Source: an uncultured bacterium
GTDB lineage: Bacteria > Bacteroidota > Ignavibacteria > Kapaibacteriales > UBA2268
Assembly: GCA_942490685.1 (NCBI GenBank)
Contig: CALNXW010000016.1
Coordinates: 2,341,703 to 2,405,702 of the forward strand
Direction: 5' to 3'
Length of the DNA stretch: 64,000 bases
Both the position numbers and the translations under genes were made by a program. Each line of letters opens with the position of its first letter. The stretch's first letter is position 1. The notes under the pieces are model-generated. The model worked only from the letters and a program-made list of their open reading frames with translations. It had not been told where the DNA came from and searched no databases. Positions 52,595 to 60,567 of the stretch are shown piece after piece.

Positions 52595-53299
52595 TCAATA
52601 CTCCGGATTTAGTGTATTCAAAAAATCTTGATTCAATAGATTATAAAAGACAGATTTTTCAGTATCATGTATTAAAGAAATCAAGTTCTCTTTCTTAACA
52701 AAAAAATTCGATACATCATTAATTGAAATTGTATCGATGTCTATAAATGAACCCTGTTTTCCATCGTATTCCTGGTTGTTAGCAATTTGTAAAATGCTTT
52801 TAAATTGCTCTTCTACTATTTCAGTTTTAATCACAGTATTTTTATAATTAATTGGTTCCTGTTTTAGCGAAATATTCAAATCAATATTTTCAAAAATATT
52901 ATTTTCGAAAAAATTGATGTATCGAAGCCCTATTCTTTCAACATTATTAATTATGTTTAGAGTCTTTACTTCATCAATAATACTGATTATTTCGGAAAAT
53001 AGTGCATTCCAACCCAAATATTTAGGATAACAGCTTATACTTAAAACTTCTGGACCAATTTGAACAGCCAGTTGAGAGTTTGCAATTTTATAATGAGGTT
53101 TAAACCTAAAGTTAGGATCTTTTGCTCTTAGAGCCTCTGGAATCTGTAAAATTGGTAAATTTTCAGCATTCGGGAACTTGTCCTGTAAAACACCATATAT
53201 CATACCAAAAATTGCATTTGAAGGAATTCTTGATGTAAACCTTAGTTCAAAAAGAGCTTCTATAATTGGACATGGCTGTATTGATTTTGGATTGCCCAT
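52595..53299 (-). CDS. Hypothetical protein, first gene of the three-gene operon
   Basis: 234 aa. The N-terminal PIIEALFELRF is reminiscent, from memory only, of the uncharacterised TIGR04255 family. No catalytic motif recognised. Confidence 0.5.
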   Translation of the reverse strand: MGNPKSIQPCPIIEALFELRFTSRIPSNAIFGMIYGVLQDKFPNAENLPILQIPEALRAKDPNFRFKPHYKIANSQLAVQIGPEVLSISCYPKYLGWNALFSEIISIIDEVKTLNIINNVERIGLRYINFFENNIFENIDLNISLKQEPINYKNTVIKTEIVEEQFKSILQIANNQEYDGKQGSFIDIDTISINDVSNFFVKKENLISLIHDTEKSVFYNLLNQDFLNTLNPEY

Positions 53300-53452
53300 G
53301 ATAACCAGTTTTATTGTTTATAAATACTTTCTTGTAACAATATACGAATTAGTATAATAAATCGTACAAAATGGGGATAAATAGTACCAAATCTTTAAGG
53401 CATAGTACGATTTAGATTAAAAAAAGGTTCATAAACAAACCAAAAGTATAAA

Positions 53453-53746
53453 ATGTTTTTTTCCACAAAGCATCCTGAATTTTGTAGTTCTTTTCTTTCC
53501 TTTTCTGAGCGTTATCACACAATTCAAAAGATATTTCAAACTTATCTTGGTAAAATTCAAGTATATCAAAAATTTAAAATATTTGATATGGGTATGATTA
53601 TCTATGTAAATGGAAAAGAAAGGTTTGTTGTCACAGAAGTTGAAAGATCCATCGACATATCAAATTTGGAATCAGGTGTTTATTTCTTGATAATAGTTGA
53701 TAATCTAGGAAATCCTTATCGTTCCAAATTTATAGTAGAAAGATAA
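53453..53746 (+). pseudogene. Remnant of a T9SS-CTD protein gene (C-terminal sorting domain only)
   Basis: The last ~50 aa (IYVNGKERFVVTEVERSIDISNLESGVYFLIIVDNLGNPYRSKFIV) match the T9SS CTD. The upstream part is unrelated, non-secreted-looking sequence. Confidence 0.5.
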
Positions 53747-53790
53747 ATTTATCCACTGAACGGGATAGACTAACTAAAATACAGCAAAAA

Positions 53791-53850
53791 GAAGTGGGTC
53801 AACCTCCCACTTCTATTATATATATATTTGCGTGTGGGAATTCCTCCCAC
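53791..53850. terminator. Tandem hairpins between convergent lexA and the CTD remnant
   Basis: GAAGTGGG-tcaacct-CCCACTTC is a perfect 8-bp stem. GTGGGA-attcc-TCCCAC is a 6-bp stem. T-runs follow on the lexA (minus) strand. Confidence 0.6.
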
Positions 53851-53856
53851 TATCAT

Positions 53857-54492
53857 TTAGATTTTACTGAGTTTACCCACAATTACCCCCAATATTTGCA
53901 AATCGGGTTCTGTGTCACCATTTATTACTGAAAATCCTTTTCCTGCCGGGTGAAGCTCAAAGCCGAATAAGTTGCTCACATACTCTCTTACTATGTACCG
54001 CTCCCCTATTTTCGCGGCTATAAGTTTTCCGTTTTCAGGTTCAACCGATTTATCTACAATAACAACATCCCCCGGCGAAAGATCTTTTTTCAGCATTGAT
54101 TTGTCTATAATAAAGATAGCGAGAGCTTCGCCTGATAAACCGAAATAAGTTTTATCTACAGCCATGGCAGCACCTGTATACTCTTTCGGCGTATTGTACA
54201 ATTTTAGCCCTTCTGTTTGCTTGATAGCCACCTCTTCAGTGGTTTTTCTTCCGGCTTTTTTAACAATTTTTATACCACGGGAAGCCCCTTTGGCAATCCT
54301 TTTGATATATCCTTTTTTCTCTAATGCAGTAAGCACCTGATGCACTCCATTAGTGGATGCAAAGCCGAATTCATTGCATATATCCTTGATTGTAGGCGGC
54401 ATATTATCGCGCTTTATGATGCGTTTGATAAAATTGAGTATCTCTCTTTGCCTGTCTGTGAGCTGGTTTTTCTTTCTTCTACCGACTGCCAT
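53857..54492 (-). CDS. lexA: LexA-type repressor (winged-helix LexA DNA-binding domain plus S24 self-cleaving peptidase domain)
   Basis: The N-terminus LTDRQREILNFIKR...GVHQVLTALEKKGYIKR...SRGI matches the LexA DNA-binding domain. The C-terminal S24 domain has a Ser-Lys dyad context (IIDKSM ... GKLIAAKI). Confidence 0.85.
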   Translation of the reverse strand: MAVGRRKKNQLTDRQREILNFIKRIIKRDNMPPTIKDICNEFGFASTNGVHQVLTALEKKGYIKRIAKGASRGIKIVKKAGRKTTEEVAIKQTEGLKLYNTPKEYTGAAMAVDKTYFGLSGEALAIFIIDKSMLKKDLSPGDVVIVDKSVEPENGKLIAAKIGERYIVREYVSNLFGFELHPAGKGFSVINGDTEPDLQILGVIVGKLSKI

Positions 54493-54769
54493 GTCTTGAA
54501 ATCCGATTTATTCAACAAAAGAGTATATAATTGTATTGACGAATATCGTCCTGAAAGAGTATTCAGTAAAAATTATGCCAATTTAAAAAAGTATTATTGC
54601 AATATTTTCATAGTGCTATTCTGCAAACATATAATAATGTCAATACAAATCGTTAATTTGGCTTTTTTTGCATATTTTCGAGCATTTTCGAGTGGATAAG
54701 TATTTTTCAAAAATTCTAAAAACTTTTTTTCTGATAAAGTGGTGATTTGTGTTATTTGCATACATCGAT

Positions 54770-54795
54770 GTGGGAGAAAGTGGGGTAAACACCCA
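54770..54795 (+). promoter_or_regulatory. Candidate MraZ operator: GTGGG repeats with 10-bp phasing upstream of mraZ
   Basis: The sequence GTGGGagaaaGTGGGGtaaaCACCC lies 45-70 nt upstream of the mraZ ATG. In E. coli MraZ binds phased GTGGG repeats in its own promoter. Confidence 0.4.
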
Positions 54796-54840
54796 TAGTA
54801 TTCCACAAAATTGTGCCGGCAAATAATTTGACAATCTGAT

Positions 54841-55290
54841 ATGGCTTTTTTTAAAGGACAAGAACTTTACTCTCTTGACAGTAAGGGTAGGGTCAATATC
54901 CCAGCTAAAATGCGAAAAGGGATATCGCCCGAGGCTAATGGCACCTTTACCGTTACACGTGGTAAGGATAAGTGTATAGAAGCTTATCCTCTCGACGAAT
55001 GGAAGAAGTATGAAGAGAGGTTCGAATCCCTTAACCAATACGACCCAAAAAACAGACGATTCCTAAGGATGATTCTGATGTGGTCTGAAGAGGTTAATCT
55101 GGATAGCCAACAAAGGATTTCTGTTCCTAAAAAACTTTTAGAATATGCAGGAATAGATAAAAAAGTCCTTATTTGCGGGATGGGTGACCATATAGAATTG
55201 TGGGATCCTGAAGAATTTGAGAAATATTTAGATAGCGAAGAAATAAGCTATGAAGAAGTTTCCGGTACTGTGATGGGAGAAACATTTTAA
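54841..55290 (+). CDS. mraZ: Transcriptional regulator MraZ
   Basis: 149 aa. Duplicated MraZ/SpoVT-AbrB fold with the characteristic LDSKGRVNIPAKMR. Confidence 0.9.
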   Translation: MAFFKGQELYSLDSKGRVNIPAKMRKGISPEANGTFTVTRGKDKCIEAYPLDEWKKYEERFESLNQYDPKNRRFLRMILMWSEEVNLDSQQRISVPKKLLEYAGIDKKVLICGMGDHIELWDPEEFEKYLDSEEISYEEVSGTVMGETF

Positions 55291-56300
55291 TGGGGAAAAA
55301 GAAAACATCACAGCACAAGTCAAGCAAAACTAGAATTGACAAAAGCATGGCGGTAGAGTACAATTATCACTTACCGGTTATGCTTAAGGAAACAATAGAT
55401 TTTCTGGTTACAGACACAAATGGTATTTATATAGACGGAACGCTCGGAGGTGGTGGGCATGCAGCCGAGATATTGTCAAAGTTAGATTCTGGGGGGAATT
55501 TAAGAGCCTTTGACAAACACATCACAGCTATCGAGCATTGCAATGCAAGATTTAGTGATGAACTCAAAAGAGGAACCTCGAGTCGTCTCCGTTTATATAA
55601 TTACTGCTATTCTAAGGTCTGCACCTTCGATGAAATTAGGGGGCAAATATCAGGTCTCTTGTTGGATCTTGGCGTTTCCTCAAAGCAGTTAGACACAGAC
55701 TCTCTCGGACTTAGTTACAGAGTAGATTCCAAACTCGATATGAGATTTGGAGATACTGGTTTGACGGCAGGGGACCTGTTATCTACCATTACAGAACCCG
55801 AACTTATCGACATTCTCCGAAATTACGGCGAAGAGCCTATGGCGAAACGAATCGCCCACAGCATCATCCAAAGAAGAAATTCCAACACAATGAACACTAC
55901 TTTTGATTTGCGCGAAGCTGTCGAAGAACGAGTGCCTCAATCGCTGCATTTTAAGGCCTTGTCACGTGTTTTTCAAGCTATTCGAATTGCGGTAAATCAA
56001 GAGCTGAAAGTGCTCGAAGATACGCTCAAAGGCATTATTCCTATGCTCGCTCCGGGTGGAAGGATTGTAATACTCTCCTACCATTCACTGGAAGACAGGA
56101 TTGTAAAAAATATTTTTAAAGAGCATTCCAAAAAGCCTAAAGTGAACAGGCAACATCCAGATTTTGACAAAGTTAAGCACACTCCGCCTCTAACTTTGCT
56201 CACACCTAAACCCATGCTCCCAAGTGAGCATGAAATCCAAATAAATCCTCGTGCACGCAGCGCTAAGCTCAGAGTAGCTGAAAAGACTGTAGTGGAGTAG
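55290..56300 (+). CDS. rsmH: 16S rRNA (cytosine1402-N4)-methyltransferase RsmH
   Basis: HLPVMLKETIDFL...GIYIDGTLGGGGHA is the SAM-dependent MTase N-terminal signature. The real start may be M20 (MAVEYNYHLPVML). No ftsL or ftsI follow. Confidence 0.9.
   Translation: MGKKKTSQHKSSKTRIDKSMAVEYNYHLPVMLKETIDFLVTDTNGIYIDGTLGGGGHAAEILSKLDSGGNLRAFDKHITAIEHCNARFSDELKRGTSSRLRLYNYCYSKVCTFDEIRGQISGLLLDLGVSSKQLDTDSLGLSYRVDSKLDMRFGDTGLTAGDLLSTITEPELIDILRNYGEEPMAKRIAHSIIQRRNSNTMNTTFDLREAVEERVPQSLHFKALSRVFQAIRIAVNQELKVLEDTLKGIIPMLAPGGRIVILSYHSLEDRIVKNIFKEHSKKPKVNRQHPDFDKVKHTPPLTLLTPKPMLPSEHEIQINPRARSAKLRVAEKTVVE
56272..56294 (+). repeat. Left copy of the 21-23 bp direct repeat flanking the three-Cys/TcmP cassette (the last codons of rsmH)
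   Basis: AGTAGCTGAAAAGACTGTAGTG recurs at 58421-58443 as AGTAGCTGAAAAGACTGTGGTG, one mismatch. Confidence 0.8.
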
Positions 56301-56308
56301 GATCCTAA

Positions 56309-57058
56309 TTATAAATAAAAACTATTATATATGCTTGAAGGAAATTCCTGCCATACCTGGCCATCAATTTCTTTTCCATTGGACTTTTTATTTCGCTTAA
56401 TTTTATCAGCTCCCCAAGTACCCCATTGTTTGAAGAAGAATGCTACATTTTTCTTCTCGCATTGTTGTTTAATATTTAGTACCCATTCTTTATCCATTGG
56501 TCTGGCTTGTACCCCACTTTCACCACCAACAATGACCCAATCTATTCCTTCAAGATTTAACTCTCCTAAATCCTCCAATAGAGGTTCCACTGAAAGAAAT
56601 TTTACTGATGCTTTCATATCTCTAAGATAATCGATTCTTGGTATGCCTTCTTTTCTATTTTCGACAGTTACTCCTAGCCAAATATTTTTGGGAATACTTC
56701 TTTGAGTTAAGTATTCTGCCATAGCTTTAGCACGCTTAGTTAGAATCTGATAAGTATGTTGAGGAGTGTTTTCTATTACATCAAAAATTTGATCCAGATA
56801 TTCTTTTGGCATTTTTTCGTGGAAAATATCACTCATTGAGTTCACGAAATATACTGTAGGCTTCTTTCTTTTATAAGGATCTAATAATCTACTTGGTACA
56901 AGTTGAAACTCAAAACCATTTTCATATCCTTCGACATTCATTGCTTTAAGCCTTCTAGCCATAGTTTCTGCATAGCAGTTTTTGCATCCTGAACTCACTT
57001 TTGTGCATCCGGCTGACGGATTCCAAGTTTGTTCAGTCCATTCTATTTTATGAGCCAT
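56309..57058 (-). CDS. Phage Gp37/Gp68-family (DUF5131-like) three-Cys-motif protein
   Basis: The probable start M29 (MAHKIEWTEQTWNPSAGCTKVSSGCKNCYAE) gives ~250 aa. W-N-P followed by C-x6-C-x2-C matches the family signature as I recall it. The ORF track extends the start to 57142. Confidence 0.6.
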   Translation of the reverse strand: MAHKIEWTEQTWNPSAGCTKVSSGCKNCYAETMARRLKAMNVEGYENGFEFQLVPSRLLDPYKRKKPTVYFVNSMSDIFHEKMPKEYLDQIFDVIENTPQHTYQILTKRAKAMAEYLTQRSIPKNIWLGVTVENRKEGIPRIDYLRDMKASVKFLSVEPLLEDLGELNLEGIDWVIVGGESGVQARPMDKEWVLNIKQQCEKKNVAFFFKQWGTWGADKIKRNKKSNGKEIDGQVWQEFPSSIYNSFYL

Positions 57059-57177
57059 GATTCTTTCCCCCCCAGGTGTGAATTTTGAATCTATTTTGGC
57101 AAAATTATCAATATTATTTTTAAAGGCGATTGAAAAACACAATATTGCAAGTCTTTTTAAAACAATAAAGTTGTATT

Positions 57178-58305
57178 TTATTTTTTTTCTTGTAATATAA
57201 ATCGTACCTTTCTTTTATCATTACCAATATAATTCCCCTTATTAGAGCCTTTATCTAATGATATGACTTCCAATCTTTTTTCATTATTGAAAGTTTTTAA
57301 AATCTCATTAGTATGTTTTGGCAACATATCATTTTTTAATCCAAATTCAAAAAGATCATGATTAGTTACTATCTCTGTATTTGTCAAATATTCTTCAAGT
57401 TTGTCTTTATATGTAATTTTTTTTAAACTGAATAATTGCGTTGTTTTATTTTGATTATATCCTTTGCCTTCTTCATTGTCCATTTTCCATTTTGCTTCAA
57501 GCATAGCTTTATGCCCCTGTTTATTTGGAGAAAAGAACATCAAACAATAGAATTTATTTGTTTCCTTTTCAATGTGAAAGTAAGAAATCCAACGATTGGG
57601 AAATTTTGATTTGAAGCGATTACTTAAGCTTTCTATGAACACTAATGCTGACGTATGTTGTTTTAATTTCTCTGGAAAAAGATAATCAATCAATTTCTTT
57701 AATGGCAAAAAACCTTTGTTTTCTTTTTCTTGAACGGTGTATGCAAACCTATACATTTGATCTATTGGTAGAAAAAGCAAAAGCTCGGCTTTATCATTAT
57801 TTAAAACTTTTTCTAGAAAATCTATAGTTATATCTTTGTATCCAAATGGATCTATAAATAAAAGTGCACGTTCATTTTTTTTCAATCCATATAGACTAGA
57901 CAATACTTTAGGAATTAATTCTGTAAACTCTCGCCTTGTAAACTTATATTCTACTTTAGGATTTTCAAATCTTGAAACACAAAAATTTTGGACACGTTCA
58001 ATTTTCCATTTGTCTTCTTCTATTGTAGACTTTTGACTATCATTAAAATGGAAATAAATATTAGGTATAGATTTAAATTTTTCTAAATGTTCCTTTACAA
58101 CATTAACAGCTATCAATGGACTACCTTCTTGGCTATCTTCATAAATACCTTCACCTGCGAATAAATCATATAAATACACATTCTTAATATTTTTCGCATA
58201 ATCTACGATATTTAGATATACAGATAAATAATATTTATAAAGCTCGACTTTAGCAACTGAATGTGACGGTAGTATTGCAGAATCTCCTTTCTTTTTCACT
58301 TTCAT
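57178..58305 (-). CDS. Putative three-Cys-motif partner protein (TcmP-like), co-oriented immediately upstream of the Gp37/Gp68-like gene
   Basis: 375 aa, 36-bp gap to the downstream gene. Size and genomic pairing fit the TcmP (TIGR04474) / DUF5131 pair. Sequence-level membership could not be verified without an HMM. Confidence 0.4.
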   Translation of the reverse strand: MKVKKKGDSAILPSHSVAKVELYKYYLSVYLNIVDYAKNIKNVYLYDLFAGEGIYEDSQEGSPLIAVNVVKEHLEKFKSIPNIYFHFNDSQKSTIEEDKWKIERVQNFCVSRFENPKVEYKFTRREFTELIPKVLSSLYGLKKNERALLFIDPFGYKDITIDFLEKVLNNDKAELLLFLPIDQMYRFAYTVQEKENKGFLPLKKLIDYLFPEKLKQHTSALVFIESLSNRFKSKFPNRWISYFHIEKETNKFYCLMFFSPNKQGHKAMLEAKWKMDNEEGKGYNQNKTTQLFSLKKITYKDKLEEYLTNTEIVTNHDLFEFGLKNDMLPKHTNEILKTFNNEKRLEVISLDKGSNKGNYIGNDKRKVRFILQEKK

Positions 58306-58420
58306 CTAACACCCCTCATTATCTCAATATTAATTATTACACGATACAATACAATATAATATTATTATTTATTAAATTCTAAGCAATAATCCTTATTATT
58401 ATAATTTTTTTATTTATCAC

Positions 58421-58443
58421 TAGTAGCTGAAAAGACTGTGGTG
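58421..58443 (+). repeat. Right copy of the rsmH-3'-end direct repeat
   Basis: See the 56272..56294 entry. Confidence 0.8.
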
Positions 58444-58455
58444 CTGTGGTATGCT

Positions 58456-58487
58456 TACCGCAAGCTAAAGCATGCGGTTGCACTGTA
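58456..58487 (+). repeat. REP-like palindromic element, left copy 1
   Basis: TACCGCAAGCTAAAGCATGCGGTTGCACTGTA. Its reverse complement recurs at 59257-59285. Confidence 0.65.
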
Positions 58488-58643
58488 GATCATTATCCAC
58501 TTTGTTTTTGGTTTTATTAGTATATATCTATTTAAATATCAGTAGCAATAAGCATTGAGACACGTGCCGCAAACTACACTTTCCTACGACGATACTTTGG
58601 ATAAACTTTTCGCTTTGTTTGCGGCTATCGAGCTTGTCGAGAT

Positions 58644-58670
58644 GCAGTGAAATTGTGCGGTTGCACTGTA
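58644..58670 (+). repeat. REP-like element, left copy 2 (shares the core TGCGGTTGCACTGTA)
   Basis: GCAGTGAAATTGTGCGGTTGCACTGTA, internally palindromic (CAGTG...CACTG). Confidence 0.55.
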
Positions 58671-58710
58671 AATACAATTTATGTTTATTTGAATCATCTT
58701 ATATTCTAGT

Positions 58711-59241
58711 TTGAAGAAACTATATTACTTCTATTCTCCAATTGTTTTTGATATTATTAATATGGAACTAAATAATAAGATTTGGCATGTAACTTGGGTT
58801 ACTCGTAATAGTCGTATCAGTGAAAGAATGATACTGGCGCGAGTAAAGCTTGAGAATCCAGTCACACTGACTGATGAAATGCGTAATATTGTTGCAGAAA
58901 GTATCAAATTAAAGATTAAAGAAGAATCAATAAAGATTTATGCTCTTAATGTTCTAATGGATCATGTTCATATTATAATTCAATCGTCTGAAACTGAACT
59001 TGAAGAAATTGTGCGTAAGTTAAAAGGCTATTCCTCTTATCAAATATCCAAAACTTTGGGTTACACATCAAAAGGTCAAGGCAAACAAACTAAAATCTGG
59101 GCTACCAGCTTCAGCAAAACTTTAATCAGAGATAAAAAGCATCTTTTAGAATCAATCAACTACATTAAAAATAACCACCTAAAACATAATGTTACTCCAT
59201 GTAAAGCACTCTTGTTTTTCTCACAGAGTCCAATAAAGTAA
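58711..59241 (+). CDS. HUH-family Y1 transposase (IS200/IS605 TnpA-like; REP-associated tyrosine transposase candidate)
   Basis: HuH motif HVHIIIQ. Conserved KGYSSYQIS and a C-terminal catalytic Tyr context (SINYIKNNH). The real start is probably M18 (MELNNKIWHVTW), giving ~159 aa. Confidence 0.75.
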   Translation: MKKLYYFYSPIVFDIINMELNNKIWHVTWVTRNSRISERMILARVKLENPVTLTDEMRNIVAESIKLKIKEESIKIYALNVLMDHVHIIIQSSETELEEIVRKLKGYSSYQISKTLGYTSKGQGKQTKIWATSFSKTLIRDKKHLLESINYIKNNHLKHNVTPCKALLFFSQSPIK

Positions 59242-59256
59242 TATTAAAATATATAA

Positions 59257-59285
59257 GAGTGCAACCGCATGCTTTAGCTTGCGGA
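59257..59285 (-). repeat. REP-like element, right copy (inverted)
   Basis: GAGTGCAACCGCATGCTTTAGCTTGCGGA is the reverse complement of left copy 1, 27 of 28 positions. Confidence 0.65.
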
Positions 59286-59694
59286 GCTTTATCAAGAGCT
59301 TCATGTCTCAGATCTGTACTTAGGTGAAACTTGACGCTATTTACTGTTCCCTATAGCTCAAAGTTTCGAACTGGTCAATATTCCCAAGCATAGCGAAAAG
59401 TTAATCTTAGGCTCAGTCTAAGAAAAGTGCAGCTTACAAAGCTTTGAATAACCTAAAAAATCAGATGACATAAATATTAATTATTCACCACAGTGCAATC
59501 CCTGAGTATATATATTTGATATATAATAACTAGATTCTAACAGTCTCATACAATCATCATTATGAAAGCTATTGACTTGAGTGGACTTACACCGTATCTT
59601 TGTATATATAAACTCATGACAAGAAGAATTTTGGCCAAGGTTCGAAGTATAGTTTGGAAGAAGAAAAATATATCAAAAATATAGGAAAAAAAAG

Positions 59695-60567
59695 ATGATT
59701 GATCTAAACACAGTTAAGGTTCTATACAAATATAGAACTTTTGAGAGCAAATTTGACAGACGTCTACTTTGGCTTAACGAATTATTTTTTGCCAAGAAGC
59801 ATATGCTGAATGATCCTTTCGACTTAGGACTTGAGCCTGATTATTCTCAGACAACAAAAGATCAATGGTGTAAAGTGGCATTAAGAAGTATCAATTCAAA
59901 TCAAGTGTTATCAGATAACCAGAGAGTAAAACTTCTAAAAGAAGAAATAATAAAAATTGATAATGGGACGAGTGATTTGCAAAAGAATCACAAAGAAGCA
60001 ATTTTTGGAAATGCACGAAATGAAAATAAGGAATTCAAAGAAGGAAAGATAAACAAAATGTGCATTCTTTCTCTTGTTGCTGACAACCCAACTAATTCTC
60101 TAATGTGGGCACATTATTCATCCTCACACCAAGGTTTTTGTATAGGATATAACGCCACTGAGCTTTTTAATTATCTTACAACATTGAAAGACCAACATGA
60201 ATTTACTCAATTAGCTGTAAAGTATAAAGACTATTATCCTAAAGTAAATCCATTAACTAGCACAGAATTTTATCTAGACCTACTCTACACAAAATCTATT
60301 GAATGGGATTATGAAGATGAAGTGAGGATAATCAACGAAACCACACATCCGAACCATAATAATGGATTTGCAATTTACTATCCAAATAAACTTGTTCGTG
60401 ATATAACCTTAGGCTTATATTGTTCGGAAGAGAACAGAAACATGGTCGTTAATCGTATTAATGAAATGAATTCACTCCACAATCTTTCTATAAAATTGTA
60501 TCAAATAACAAAAGAAGATTATTCCTACGAGTTTAAAAGAAAAGACATTTCGGAACTCTTAAGTTAA
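59695..60567 (+). CDS. Hypothetical protein, DUF2971-like
   Basis: 290 aa. The N-terminal LYKYRTFES...LNELFFAKKHMLNDPFD resembles the conserved N-terminal block of DUF2971 proteins, from memory only. Confidence 0.4.
   Translation: MIDLNTVKVLYKYRTFESKFDRRLLWLNELFFAKKHMLNDPFDLGLEPDYSQTTKDQWCKVALRSINSNQVLSDNQRVKLLKEEIIKIDNGTSDLQKNHKEAIFGNARNENKEFKEGKINKMCILSLVADNPTNSLMWAHYSSSHQGFCIGYNATELFNYLTTLKDQHEFTQLAVKYKDYYPKVNPLTSTEFYLDLLYTKSIEWDYEDEVRIINETTHPNHNNGFAIYYPNKLVRDITLGLYCSEENRNMVVNRINEMNSLHNLSIKLYQITKEDYSYEFKRKDISELLS

Noticed and set aside
54812-54830. Bacteroidota-type -7 promoter element (TAnnTTTG) upstream of mraZ
   Set aside because: The nearest candidate, TAATTTG, lacks one spacer position. 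It is not a convincing match, so it is not annotated.
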